From contig CAWAOD010000004.1 of NCBI GenBank assembly GCA_963783575.1, forward strand, positions 1 through 64,000: a stretch of DNA of 64,000 nt, in the 5' to 3' direction. Positions 51,340-62,746 of this stretch are shown in pieces. The notes under the pieces were generated by a model. It was not told the DNA's origin. It saw nothing but the letters and a program-made list of their open reading frames with translations, and searched no databases. Made by a program: the position numbers and the translations under genes. How positions within the stretch are numbered: the stretch's first letter is position 1; each line of letters opens with the position of its first letter. This DNA comes from an uncultured Spirochaetota bacterium (GTDB taxonomy: Bacteria; Spirochaetota; Brevinematia; Brevinematales; JAOACQ01).

Positions 51340-53680
51340 AATAAAGAGATTTTCACATTATAATTTATTCAAATTGTTATGTACAGTACTTTTGATTCCA
51401 GTCGGTTTATTTGTTATCTTTATATTTTTGAACATTTTATTCCCTCTTCAGAGGGATCGTCTGGAAAAAGATTTCTCAATGGTTTTTACGGACCGTAACG
51501 GCAGTCTACTTAGGATTACACTCTCGGAAAGTGAGAAATACAGAATCAAGCTTCCGTTGAAGGATATTTCTCCTTATCTTGTAAAAGGAATCCTGGAATA
51601 TGAAGACCGTTATTTTTATTTTCATCCCGGTGTAAATCCCATATCTTTTATGAGGGCGTTCTATCAGAATATTAGTAAGGGCAGGATTGTATCCGGCGCT
51701 TCCACTATTACCATGCAGATTGCCAGAATGCTCTTTAACCGTCCGAGAAACCCGGCATCCAAATTCATTGAAATCTTTAATGCGTTTCAATTGGAATTTA
51801 CATATTCAAAAAAGGAGTTGCTGGAAATATATCTCAATTTGATACCGATGGGAGGAAATATTGAAGGTGTTGGAGCCGCCTCTTATTTATACTTCGGAAA
51901 ACCGGCGTATGATCTAAGTTTTTCGGAAGCCTGCATACTGATCGGTTTGCCTAAAAATCCTAATCAAAACCGTCCTGATAAAAATTATTATAAAATAATA
52001 AATTATATCGCGAGAGTGGCTTTGAAAATAGCCGGCCATAACGGCCTGCCGGAACAAATAAATACGGACTGGTTGTTAAAATCATCATTCCATTATGTTA
52101 ATCCCTTCCGTTGTCAGCATCTACTTGAAGCCAAAAAACACAAAAAATCTTCGTTTATCCACCGGATGACAATAGACATGAATATTCAAAATTTTTGTGA
52201 ATCTTTACTTCAAAGATTTCATCAGGCTGATTTGAAAAAAGGAATCTATAATGGCGCGATTATCGTTCTGGATAATTATACGCATGAAGTTTTAGCCTAT
52301 GTCGGTTCTCCCGACTATTTTGACTTAACTCATGGCGGACAGGTGAACGGCGCTTGCATTTTACGATCTCCCGGCTCCGCTTTGAAGCCTTTTATTTATG
52401 CGCTGGCAATGGAAAAAGGCCTGGTTACCCCGCAGTCAATAGTTTATGATATCCCGAAAATATATGAAGACCGCTTTTCCCCGGTAAATTATGATAAAAA
52501 AGCCAACGGACTGCTTACTGTCGAAGATGCCCTGATCCATTCCCTTAATATTCCTGCAGTCAGGACTGAAATGGAATTGAAGAATAATGGGCTTGGTAAT
52601 TTTTTAAAACAATTGTTCCCCGAAAGACGGGACTTTGTCGACCAGGCCGGATTAACCCTTGCTATCGGAGGCTTTCCAATCCGGCTGGAAGAAATCACCA
52701 TGCTTTATTCAACTCTTGCCAATGGAGGTGAGCTCTACCCTCTCATTTATGAATTGGATGAAAAAACGAATTTAAGCAGTATGGGCAGAAATATTCTTGA
52801 TCCGAGGGCTTGCTATATAATTTCAGAGATTCTTTCTTCTTATCACAGGCCGGATATGCCTTATTCCTGGGACTTCGCCCCGCATCTGGCGAAAGTGGCA
52901 TTAAAAACAGGCACTTCTTTTGGCCTCCGGGACGCCTGGTGCATCGGTTATAATAAGAAATACACAATCGGTATCTGGATGGGCAATGTAAATGCACAGG
53001 GTTCGTCTTATCTTATAGGGGCAGAAATCGCTGCACCGGTTATGATAGGTGTTTTTGATTTCCTTACACGCAATTCCGATGCCTGGTTTGAAAAACCTGA
53101 AGGCGTCGGGATTCGTAAAGTATGCGCTGTAAGCGGTGAAAAGGCTTCACCTGATTGCAAATATGTAAAGGATGATTATTATATTAAAGGAATATCTTCC
53201 GAAAAATTATGTTCCATTCATAAGAGGATCTGGATCAGGAAAAAAGACGGGCTGGAAGTCTGTCCTTACTGCATGAATTCAAATTCTGACCAATACTCCA
53301 GTAAAGTCATGGAAGTTTGGCCCATAGAAGCCGTATCATTTCTCCGCTCAACAGGCAGAAAAATCGAGAGGATTCCTCCTCATAACCCGGACTGTCCGCA
53401 CATTTCGGCTCAGAACAAACCGCATATTATAAGTATCAGCGAGGGGACCGTTTTTATTATTGACGCTTCCGCTTCCTGTGAAAATCAGTTAATACCTCTC
53501 AAAGTCCAGACGGCTCAGGATGCTGATAAGGTTTTCTGGTTTGCCGGAGGGAAATTCCTGACAAATACCGGACCGGATGAGACGGTGTTCTATAAACCCG
53601 ATATCGGAAATATCAAACTATCTGTAATGGATTCCAGGGGAAGAAGCGATAGTGTAACGATTCTTGTAAAGAAGAAATGA
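51317..53680 (+). CDS. pbpC: Penicillin-binding protein 1C
   Basis: YEDRYFYFHPG, GASTITMQ, SPGSALKP, SLN, KTGTS; BiPBP_C tail. Confidence 0.93.
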   Translation: MLSGIAGKIKRFSHYNLFKLLCTVLLIPVGLFVIFIFLNILFPLQRDRLEKDFSMVFTDRNGSLLRITLSESEKYRIKLPLKDISPYLVKGILEYEDRYFYFHPGVNPISFMRAFYQNISKGRIVSGASTITMQIARMLFNRPRNPASKFIEIFNAFQLEFTYSKKELLEIYLNLIPMGGNIEGVGAASYLYFGKPAYDLSFSEACILIGLPKNPNQNRPDKNYYKIINYIARVALKIAGHNGLPEQINTDWLLKSSFHYVNPFRCQHLLEAKKHKKSSFIHRMTIDMNIQNFCESLLQRFHQADLKKGIYNGAIIVLDNYTHEVLAYVGSPDYFDLTHGGQVNGACILRSPGSALKPFIYALAMEKGLVTPQSIVYDIPKIYEDRFSPVNYDKKANGLLTVEDALIHSLNIPAVRTEMELKNNGLGNFLKQLFPERRDFVDQAGLTLAIGGFPIRLEEITMLYSTLANGGELYPLIYELDEKTNLSSMGRNILDPRACYIISEILSSYHRPDMPYSWDFAPHLAKVALKTGTSFGLRDAWCIGYNKKYTIGIWMGNVNAQGSSYLIGAEIAAPVMIGVFDFLTRNSDAWFEKPEGVGIRKVCAVSGEKASPDCKYVKDDYYIKGISSEKLCSIHKRIWIRKKDGLEVCPYCMNSNSDQYSSKVMEVWPIEAVSFLRSTGRKIERIPPHNPDCPHISAQNKPHIISISEGTVFIIDASASCENQLIPLKVQTAQDADKVFWFAGGKFLTNTGPDETVFYKPDIGNIKLSVMDSRGRSDSVTILVKKK

Positions 53681-53681
53681 T

Positions 53682-54755
53682 ATGAAACAGTTTTTTATTC
53701 TTACTTTAATCATTATTAGCGGCTGTAGCGGTGATCTTACAATACATTTAAAAATATTCGATAAGCGGCCTTTTATTAAAATTACCGCCCCGCATGGTAT
53801 TAATATTATAAACGGTATTCATTTTTATCAGGTTAAGGAAATAAACCTTGAGATACAAAATATATTTGAAAGTTATTTTATTACATCAAAAAATATCTCT
53901 GAACCTCTTTCAGTTTTATCTGATATTCCTGTTAAAAAATATTACGGATCTTTAACGGTTTCAAAAAGAAACGGCTTATTTTATCTTTTAAATAGGGTTT
54001 CGGAAAAACATTATCTGGCTTCAGTCGTGGGCAGTGAATTGAATAGTGATTTTCCACCGGAAGCCTGCAAAGCTCAGGCTGTTGCATCCAGAACATTATT
54101 GTATTATTTAAATCAGAATAATATCGAATTGAATGATCTATCCAGCGTATATCAGGCATACCGCGGAGCTGAATTCGAGAATCCGGATATAATTTATGCG
54201 GTTGAAGCGGTAAAGGGGAAACTCCTTCATTATAAGAGGAAACTATTTTTCCCCTATTTTCATTCCACATGCGGAGGTTATCTTCTTCCCCCGGATCAAA
54301 AACGAGGGATTTCCGCGGGGATTTACCCGGGTTTGACGGAAATAAAAAGAGATGAATTTAATGGCGGGATCAATTGTATCAATTCACCATATTTTCATTG
54401 GGAAACAACCTTAATGTTAAAGGATATTGAAAAATCCACCAGGATTATGCCGGTATATTCCATTTCATTGAAAAAAACAGCAGATGGATGGGTTAAGGAT
54501 GTTGAAATAACAAGTAAGAGCAATATCATTCAAACTGCTTATCAATTTATAAATGGAACCCGCCAGAAGACTTCCATGGGTATTCTCAGTTTTTATTTTA
54601 AAGTCCATCAAACAGGCAGCACCTTTTATTTTGAAGGGTACGGTTTCGGGCATCATTCCGGAATGTGCCAGTGGGGAGCCCGTGGATTAGCAAAGAAAGG
54701 TATGGATTATACTGAAATCTTGAAATTCTACTATCCGGGCACGGAAATTTATTAA
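53682..54755 (+). CDS. SpoIID/LytB-domain lytic transglycosylase
   Basis: YLASVVGSE, KAQAVASRT, FHSTCGG, GFGHHSGMCQWGA. Confidence 0.9.
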   Translation: MKQFFILTLIIISGCSGDLTIHLKIFDKRPFIKITAPHGINIINGIHFYQVKEINLEIQNIFESYFITSKNISEPLSVLSDIPVKKYYGSLTVSKRNGLFYLLNRVSEKHYLASVVGSELNSDFPPEACKAQAVASRTLLYYLNQNNIELNDLSSVYQAYRGAEFENPDIIYAVEAVKGKLLHYKRKLFFPYFHSTCGGYLLPPDQKRGISAGIYPGLTEIKRDEFNGGINCINSPYFHWETTLMLKDIEKSTRIMPVYSISLKKTADGWVKDVEITSKSNIIQTAYQFINGTRQKTSMGILSFYFKVHQTGSTFYFEGYGFGHHSGMCQWGARGLAKKGMDYTEILKFYYPGTEIY

Positions 54756-54880
54756 ATAAAGATCCTCGAGGCAGAGCTCGGGATAAACTCAACATAGCTA
54801 TCGCAATTTTGTTGCGTAAGGAATCAAAACCTGGTCCTGGCGGCAGACAGGCTGAACTAAAGGGCACGCTTGTTAAATAG

Positions 54881-54915
54881 AAAAACCCCGCTTTAAAAAG
54901 CGGGGTTTTATTTTA
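54881..54915. terminator. Bidirectional terminator between spoIID and ppdK
   Basis: aaaaccccgcttt/aaagcggggtttt. Confidence 0.88.
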
Positions 54916-54929
54916 AAAAGTTTTAACTT

Positions 54930-57623
54930 TTACTTTTTTACCTGGTCTTCTATTACAGCCTGGGCTGCGGCAAGCCTTGCAATCGGTACCCTGAAAGGAG
55001 AGCAGGAAACATAGTTCATTCCGACTCTATGGCAGAATTTGACTGACTTAAGCTCTCCGCCATGTTCTCCGCAGATTCCGACTTCAAGATCTTTACGCGT
55101 GCTTCTTCCTTTTTCTATGCCCATTTTAACAAGTAGTCCTACGCCGTTTTGATCGAGGGACTGGAAGGGATCATCTTTGAATATGCCTGCTTTCTTTTCA
55201 TCCACATAATCCGGTAAAAATCTTCCGGCATCATCCCTTGACATTCCAAGCGTCATCTGGGTAAGATCGTTTGTCCCGAAAGAGAAGAATTCGGCTACTT
55301 CCGCGATCTGATCGGCAAGAAGAGCTGCCCTTGGAACTTCGATCATTGTTCCGACAAGATATTTTACCTTCTGGCCTGTTTTCTTAATGATTTCATCGGC
55401 AACTTTTCTTGTCCTTTCCTCAAGAATCTTGAGTTCTTTTCTGTCAATCACAAGAGGATGCATAATTTCCGGTTCGACTTTGATTCCCGCTTTGGCGCAT
55501 TCGCAAGCGGCTTCAATTATTGCAGTTACCTGCATATCTAGAATTTCAGGGTAGGTAATGCATAATCTGCATCCACGGTGGCCGAGCATCGGATTTGCTT
55601 CGTGGAGCTGTTCGACTCTAAGTTTAACCTTTTCAAAAGGAACGCCGATTTTTTGCGCGAGTTCCCTCTGTTTGGGTTCGTCATGCGGTACAAACTCATG
55701 GAGCGGCGGGTCGATAAGACGAATTGTAACAGGCAGGCCGTCCATTTCCTTGAAAATTCCGCTGAAATCGGCTCTCTGGAACGGCAGAAGTTTGGCAAGC
55801 GCTTTTTTTCTTTCTTCAACAGTATCTGCCACTATCATCTCCTGGATCGCTTCCCTTCTTTCCTCCGTATCAAAGAACATATGCTCTGTCCTGCAGAGAC
55901 CTATGCCCTGGGCGCCGAGTTCTCTCGCATGCTTAGCGTCATAAGGAGTATCGGCATTAGTTCGGACTTTGAGCTTTCTGACTTCGTCGGCCCAGCTCAT
56001 CAAAGTATTGTAAGATTCGGGAAGCTGCGGCTTTATAAGTTTCAAAGCCGTCATATATACATCGCCGGACGATCCGTTCAAAGTTATCTCATCGCCTTCC
56101 TTAACTACCTTATCGCCTACTCTGAATAATTTTTTAGTGTAATCTATATCAAGCTTTTCACACCCGACAATACAGCATTTCCCCCAGCCTCTGGCAACAA
56201 CAGCGGCGTGCGATGTTTTACCGCCGGTGGCTGTTAAAATACCGGCAGCGGCATGCATTCCGCCAACATCTTCAGGAGAAGTTTCTTTTCTTACAAGTAT
56301 GACCTTTTCTCCTCTTTCCGCCCACTCTTCAGCGTCTTTAGCATTAAATACAACTCTGCCAGAAGCGGCGCCCGGTACCGCGTCGATCCCCTGTACAAGG
56401 AAGTTCTTTTTTAAAGCTTCTTTCTGTGACGGGTCGATTACAGGGTAGAATATGCCTTCGATATCTTTATCCTTGATTCTCATGATAGCCTGTTCTTTTG
56501 TTATCAGGCTTTCTTTTACCATATCAACAGCGATCTTGAAAGCCGCAAACGGAGACCTTTTACCGGTCCGGCACTGAAGCATATAGAGCTTTCCTTCTTC
56601 CACTGTAAACTCAAGGTCCTGCATTTCTTTATAGTGGTGCTCAAGGGTTTTTCTCACTTCAACAAGCTGCTTGTAAGCCTTGGCATCGGCTTTTTCGAAA
56701 TCCGAAAGCTTAATTGGAGTCCGGATACCTGCAACGACATCCTCGCCCTGGGCGTTTATCAGATAATCGCCGTAGAATACATTGTCTCCGCTGTTCGGAT
56801 CTCTTGTAAAGCAGACCCCGGTGCCGGAAGTGTCGCCCATATTGCCGAAGACCATCTGCACAACATTTACTGCGGTTCCGATTACGCCCTGGATTTTTTC
56901 AACTTTTCTGTAAGTCACAGCCTTATCGGCCATCCATGAACCGAAAACAGCGCCGATTGCCCCCCAGAGCTGTTCTTTCGGATCTTGGGGAAAATCTTTC
57001 CCGATTTCCTTTTTATAAAGATCTTTAAAGACCTTTATCAATTCCTGAAGCTCTTCCGCGTCGACATCGGTATCGTTCACTTTCTTATCTGCGGAAAAAT
57101 TCAGTCTTTTCCTGGTTTTGTCATTTTTAATCTTATCGAATGCATGATCGAATTTCTCGCGTTCGATCCCCATCGCTGTTGAACCGTACATCATAATGAA
57201 TCTTCTGTACGCATCCATTGCAAACCGCTTATTGCCTGTCTTTTTTGCAAGGCCTTCAACGGATTTGTCGGTTAAACCGAGATTGAGGATGGTTTCCATC
57301 ATACCCGGCATGGAAATGGGAGCGCCTGAACGGACAGAAACAAGCAGGGGATCGTTCGGATCTCCGAGCTTTTTAGCGACAACTTTTTCAAGCCTTGCAA
57401 GATGTTCTTCCACTTCTTTGTCAAGACCTTCCGGATATTTTTTGCCGTTTTTATAAAATAAATCGCAAACTTCCGTGGTAATGGTGAATCCACCCGGAAC
57501 CGGAAGTCCGATAGCCGTCATTTCGGCAAGCCCAGCTCCTTTCCCGCCCAGAAGCTCCTTCATTGCGCCGTCACCTTCGGCTTTTCCACCGCCGAAGAAA
57601 TAGACATACTTACTCTTTGACAT
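54930..57623 (-). CDS. ppdK: Pyruvate, phosphate dikinase
   Basis: LLGGKGAGL, VSVRSGA, GGKTSHAAVVAR, CRTEHMF, GTNDLTQ, ICGEHGG. Confidence 0.97.
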   Translation of the reverse strand: MSKSKYVYFFGGGKAEGDGAMKELLGGKGAGLAEMTAIGLPVPGGFTITTEVCDLFYKNGKKYPEGLDKEVEEHLARLEKVVAKKLGDPNDPLLVSVRSGAPISMPGMMETILNLGLTDKSVEGLAKKTGNKRFAMDAYRRFIMMYGSTAMGIEREKFDHAFDKIKNDKTRKRLNFSADKKVNDTDVDAEELQELIKVFKDLYKKEIGKDFPQDPKEQLWGAIGAVFGSWMADKAVTYRKVEKIQGVIGTAVNVVQMVFGNMGDTSGTGVCFTRDPNSGDNVFYGDYLINAQGEDVVAGIRTPIKLSDFEKADAKAYKQLVEVRKTLEHHYKEMQDLEFTVEEGKLYMLQCRTGKRSPFAAFKIAVDMVKESLITKEQAIMRIKDKDIEGIFYPVIDPSQKEALKKNFLVQGIDAVPGAASGRVVFNAKDAEEWAERGEKVILVRKETSPEDVGGMHAAAGILTATGGKTSHAAVVARGWGKCCIVGCEKLDIDYTKKLFRVGDKVVKEGDEITLNGSSGDVYMTALKLIKPQLPESYNTLMSWADEVRKLKVRTNADTPYDAKHARELGAQGIGLCRTEHMFFDTEERREAIQEMIVADTVEERKKALAKLLPFQRADFSGIFKEMDGLPVTIRLIDPPLHEFVPHDEPKQRELAQKIGVPFEKVKLRVEQLHEANPMLGHRGCRLCITYPEILDMQVTAIIEAACECAKAGIKVEPEIMHPLVIDRKELKILEERTRKVADEIIKKTGQKVKYLVGTMIEVPRAALLADQIAEVAEFFSFGTNDLTQMTLGMSRDDAGRFLPDYVDEKKAGIFKDDPFQSLDQNGVGLLVKMGIEKGRSTRKDLEVGICGEHGGELKSVKFCHRVGMNYVSCSPFRVPIARLAAAQAVIEDQVKK

Positions 57624-57763
57624 ATCTCTATAACCTCCAAAATTTTAATCTATAGTATATTTTATAAACTCTTCTTTATTTTAAAGTAAAAACGCAATTT
57701 TTGCAATATTATTTTGATGGGATTTACAGTACAACAAAGAAAATAGAATGATAAGAATATTAA

Positions 57764-58141
57764 TCAGTCAATAAAATCAACACTTTTAAGCATAGGATAA
57801 TGTTTTTTATTAAGTGTCCACAATTTTAAATTATTAATTATAGCGGCGGAACAGATTATTGCGTCTAAAATAGTTACATTATGAGATTTTGAAAATTGAT
57901 TTACAAAATAACCCGCAGTTTCTCCGATATTTTTATCTATTCCGATACAGTTTAAAGAATCAATAAAAATGGATGTTTTTATCTTTTCATTTTCCCGTAT
58001 GCCGGCGAATATCTCAGAAATCTGGACAGGAGTAATGAATAGTAATCCGTTAGCATCCAAAACAATCTGCTTAAACCTTTTTATAATTTTTTCATTACCT
58101 CTAAAAATCCATATTAAAATATCGGTGTCGATCATTATCAT
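57764..58141 (-). CDS. vapC: PIN-domain VapC toxin
   Basis: IDTDILI, SEIFAG, DAIIC, WTLNKKHY. Confidence 0.9.
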   Translation of the reverse strand: MIMIDTDILIWIFRGNEKIIKRFKQIVLDANGLLFITPVQISEIFAGIRENEKIKTSIFIDSLNCIGIDKNIGETAGYFVNQFSKSHNVTILDAIICSAAIINNLKLWTLNKKHYPMLKSVDFID

Positions 58142-58371
58142 ATTGTCCTATCCCGCCTTTTGTCTTCAATATATTCATTGACATTGAAATCAAGATCTTT
58201 CCAGATGCCTGAAACTTCATCAACATTTTTTATGATGTCTTCAATTTTTAATTTCATTTTACCCTTTAAACTTTCCCTGATTAATTCTGAAATCGATTTT
58301 TTTTCTATTTCACTTTCCTTTTCTAGATATTCATAAGTCGCTTCATCTATATATATCTGGGTTCTTTTCAT
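58138..58371 (-). CDS. vapB: CopG/RHH antitoxin
   Basis: MKRTQIYI...SISELIRE; overlaps vapC. Confidence 0.85.
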   Translation of the reverse strand: MKRTQIYIDEATYEYLEKESEIEKKSISELIRESLKGKMKLKIEDIIKNVDEVSGIWKDLDFNVNEYIEDKRRDRTI

Positions 58372-58445
58372 TAAAAAACTCCTTTAATGTATACATACAT
58401 CATTATAAATCATAATTTATATTATTTCAAAATTAATTCATAAAT

Positions 58446-58546
58446 GATTCCACTCTAAAAAGCCATTTTTTTAGAAAATTCACTATTGGAAAATATAGAG
58501 TTACAATACTCAAAATTGCTATTTTTAGCCTTTTTAGAGTGGACTC
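58446..58546. mobile_element. 101-bp MITE
   Basis: TIR gattccactctaaaaag/ctttttagagtggactc; 6-bp direct repeat ATAAAT. Confidence 0.82.
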
Positions 58547-58576
58547 ATAAATATTAGCTGAAATTAAAATTCTGAA

Positions 58577-60353
58577 TTATTTTTTGCGTTTAAGCACTAA
58601 AACTATAGTATCGTCCGAGAATTCTTCACTTCCGACAAACTCGATAAGATCATTTATCAAACTCATAATTATTTGCTGGGAGGTTCCAATCGGGACATTT
58701 TTAATCGATTCAAGAACCCGGTCCGGTCCGTATTCCTCACCGTTTTTGTTTATGCTTTTAATGAAGCCGGCGGAGAACATAACAATAAAATCATCACGGT
58801 TCATGCTCGAAACTGAGGGTTTTATATTCATTTTGCGATTCACCGATTTTCATACCCAGAACCGGGCCCTTTATATCTATATCGTTATATTTTATTATAC
58901 CTGTGCTGTTTTCCGCCGCATCCCTGTAATATATATCGTTATAATCCGCATTAACATACTCAAGCCTTTCTTCTTTTATCCTCAGCATTATTCCGGTTCC
59001 ATAATACTCCGTTTTCCCAAGTTCATCAGCCAGGGAATCATTTATATTCTGGAGAATTTTCCCCAGGACATTCTTATGTGCCTGTTTAAAGTTTTCATTC
59101 ACAAGGGAATCTAGTAAAAGCGCAACAAGAGCCGAAGAAATTCCTTTCCCGGATATGCTGAACAGCCATAATCCGCTCGGATTCCGGTTTTCCATATAAT
59201 AATTATAAAATACACATGATATTTCCGATTTCGGCTTAAAATAATATGCAAGGTCCCAATCATCCATGGCCGGTATTTTTTGAGGGTAAACCAGGCGCTG
59301 CAATTTACCTGCAATCAATAGATCCTGACCTGTCTTTTTATGAAAATCCTTTATTTTTTGTGCGGAATTTTCCAGATGATCCATTAAAATATTAAACCGC
59401 ATCCCGATTGTCGAAATGTCATCTTTACAGCGTAGCTTATTAACCTTACAGCTTTCGCAGTCTTTGACTTCACCGGCTATGATGTGCGGACAGGACACCC
59501 CATTGCCGAAAATTTCGGCCGGAGAACCGAATTCGTATGAACAGTTTTCATCAAAATTATCATACATCCGGCAGTCTTTTTTTTCACAGTTTTTAACGGA
59601 AGAACAGGCAATTTTTGATAAAGGGAACCTGGCCGCAAGATTGCCGTTCATTATATCTTCAAGCACGCTGAATAAGCGGTCTGCCGGGGCTGAAATTGTC
59701 CGGAATAAAAGTAATGCCGCGCAAATTATTATTAGAATAATAGACAATGTGTATATTATTGCGGAGGATATTATCCTGCCTGATAATATTTCTGCTTTTT
59801 TTCGATTAAAATCGGCAAAGTTGTTCCAAATTTTATCAATTTTAGCGGTTGAATCTAATAAATCATTGAATTGCCCTATAAGATATTGATCGCTCATTAT
59901 CAGTTTTTTCTCATCCGGGTTTTTGGTTTGTTTAACGGAAAAACCGATGATGCTGACATGGAACTTATCAAGCAAACCAAGTAAATCCCGGCCTTCATTG
60001 CTTTCAATAAAACTTGAAATATTGCTTATTTTTAAGAAAATTAAATTCCATTGCTTTTTACCCTCGGATAGAAAATTTCCATTTTCTATATTGATTTTAT
60101 TCTGAAAGGATTCAAAATCCTGTACGTTTGTTTTCCAGATAAAAAAACTATCTGAATGGTCTGCTTTAACGATTAAGATTTCCTCCGTAAAAAACTTTAA
60201 ATTATTCCATTTTGCAAGAGCGGATATTGACATTCGGGCATTTTCACCGTATTTATTTATTTTTGTTAATGAAAGAAAAACCATAATAATCGTACCGGCA
60301 GGAATAATGAGCATTAATAATGCAACCCAGAAAAGTTTTTTAAATATTTTCAT
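58577..60353 (-). CDS. Membrane sensor with HAMP, Cys-rich insert and degenerate SpoIIE/PP2C domain; frameshift near 58808
   Basis: Two TM helices; AGKLQ..P, SGKG, NKNGEEYG and SDDT motifs across two frames. Confidence 0.75.
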
Positions 60354-60539
60354 AAAAAGCCTCTCTTTAAATTTGATAAAATTTTGGATTTTGTTAAATA
60401 TTTATTAATTTTATCGGCATCATTGGATACTTATGTAAAGAGATCAAAAATACCAAGCGAATCCTGAAATTAAATTCATTCTGCAATAATGCCAGGTGTT
60501 ATACGTCTATAAAAAGAGATCTTAATCCGGGAGGATAGT

Positions 60540-61551
60540 ATGGAAATTGTTAAAGTTATTGGAATAATTATTTCGTTTATTGCAGGCTTAATACTGGTTA
60601 TTCTCGGCTGTACTTCCGTCTGGAATATTATTGAATTTAAAAAATGGCATTCTCAACCTGCAGCGACCGGAAAAATTATTAATTCGGGAGACCTTTTACT
60701 TTATATAAGAATAAAAGGAATTGGCAGCCCGGCTGTTGTCATAGTTCCGGGGCTTGGGAACTCCTCAACCGAATGGTGGAAAATCCAGGATGAATTGTCA
60801 AAATTTACCAGAGTCTTTACATATGACCGCTCAGGTTATGGCTTGAGCTGCGCAATTCCAGATAATGGCGTTCAAATTACAGCTAAGATAAGGGCAGAGG
60901 AACGTACATGCCCTGTTAAGCAATGCAGGGATTCAATCTCCTTATATTCTGGCCGGCCATTCATACGGAGGATTGATTATTGCTGAATTTGCGGCCATGT
61001 ACCCGGGAGAAACCGCCGGGGTGGTTCTTGTTGATGCCGTTCCGGCGGGGAATAATAAATTTAAGGAGAAAATCAATGCCGGGGTTTATCGTTCATTTGT
61101 TGATAAAACATCTATGATAAAAATAATGAATATAGCCGGGCAACTGGGTTTAATCAGATTATTCCAGCTTGTTCCTTATAATCTTCCCACTGATTTAAGG
61201 CAGGCCGTAGTTGAACATTTATCATCCCCTTATCTGGCAGGTACAGTTTTAAATGAAAATGAGAATCTTGGAAAAAGCATTTCCGAATTCAAGAAAATAA
61301 GGAATAACTTCCCGGATGTCCCATTACAGGTTATATGCAGGACGCCGGAAATATCAGTTGAATGGATGACAAATAAAGGAATTTCTTATGAAGAAGCCGT
61401 TAAAGTCGAAAATTTGTGGCAGGATTTGTCAAAGGATTACCTGAAACTTTCAACTAAAAGCAAATGGATATTGGCTGAAAAATCAGGACATTCGATTCAT
61501 CTTGACAGGCCGGAGATTGTGATTGATGCTATTAAGGAATTAATTCGCTGA
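60540..61551 (+). pseudogene. Membrane-anchored alpha/beta hydrolase, frameshifted near 60905
   Basis: PGLG, YDRSGYG, then GHSYGG in the frame of ORF 60973; SGHSIHLDRP. Confidence 0.82.
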
Positions 61552-62007
61552 AGACGAGATCTTTTATAAAATTCTAATGGAACATCTTTATTCCCAAGGT
61601 TTCTGCAACATTTTACAGAACTAACATTCGGCGGGTTTTATTATAGGGGAGTTTTTCTTGGTGTCATATTCCTAAGTATACTTGGCTGGTAGAATATTGT
61701 AAAAAATCTGGGCTTATGGAATGGAATAATGACATTTATTTGTAGTGAATTGTAAAAGACAGATTTCTCACTGAAATTTCTCGTTTTGTGAGCTGACCAT
61801 AATAGAGAATAAAATCGACATGGATGGCAAAAATTTATCATTGTGAAAACATCCTATTTCCACAAATACAAATTTGACATAATCCTATCGCTGTTTTATC
61901 ATCTTTTGATATAAAGTAAGAAAAAATAGTTGAAAAAATGTATCTATCGGCTAAATGGAAGCTACTGATTTTTTAAAGGAAACTTTTTATATTGAGAGGA
62001 GGTTCCG

Positions 62008-62478
62008 ATGAAAAGAACTCTTATGCTCAATTTAGTTGTTTTTGCTTTGATGGCCGTATCTTTAATCAGCGGCTGTGGAGTAAGCGGAAAATCGTTTGTA
62101 AAGGTTGATCAAATCGAAAACAACAAAGGGCTTGTTTATTTATATCGGCCTTATGTTTACGAGGGACTAGTTCCAATGGGAACGGCCAATATTATGGGAT
62201 GGGAGAAATTCCCTATATCAGCTAATGGTAAGTTTATTGGTAATGTTCTAAACGGAGGATATTACTACATATTCTTAGATCCGGGAACTACAGTATTCAC
62301 AATGCCATATGGTCCCGATATAATTAGCAATACGGTGGAGATAAAACCAAGGGAAACATATTATTTAAAATGCCGGATGGTCGAAGCTCTTGTATCGGAA
62401 TGGCCATCAATAGATTCTGTTACAGAAGCTGTAGCCATGCCCGATATTAAAAAATGTAAATTGATCGTAAAAGATTAA
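62008..62478 (+). CDS. DUF2846-like lipoprotein
   Basis: ISGC lipobox, GLVYLYRP, NGGY, ETYYLK. Confidence 0.75.
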   Translation: MKRTLMLNLVVFALMAVSLISGCGVSGKSFVKVDQIENNKGLVYLYRPYVYEGLVPMGTANIMGWEKFPISANGKFIGNVLNGGYYYIFLDPGTTVFTMPYGPDIISNTVEIKPRETYYLKCRMVEALVSEWPSIDSVTEAVAMPDIKKCKLIVKD

Positions 62479-62746
62479 TTTTTGGTTCAAAGACTAATCA
62501 CTTGTAACTACAGAACTGCCTTAATAATGCGATAGATTACCTTACTGATGTCTATGCCGATGTAGCAGTTTTAATGGTATGCAGTAATGCTATTGAAAAT
62601 CTTGCCAATCTGGCCTAATACCAACAAAGCTGCAATCAGATGCAAAATAGCTCTACTCTCTTTTTATGCATATTATCACATACATGGTCATCAATTCCTT
62701 AAATAATTCGGGAAATGGTACGATGCTGCCCGCGGCTGGCCAATCC

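Noticed and set aside
54761..54790. IS200/IS605-like end hairpin (cctcgaggcagagctcggga)
   Set aside because: Degenerate single hairpin with no tnpA or tnpB nearby.
54930..57623. Many antisense ORFs over ppdK (also over recJ, tkt and fliY)
   Set aside because: Codon-bias shadows of strong genes on the opposite strand.
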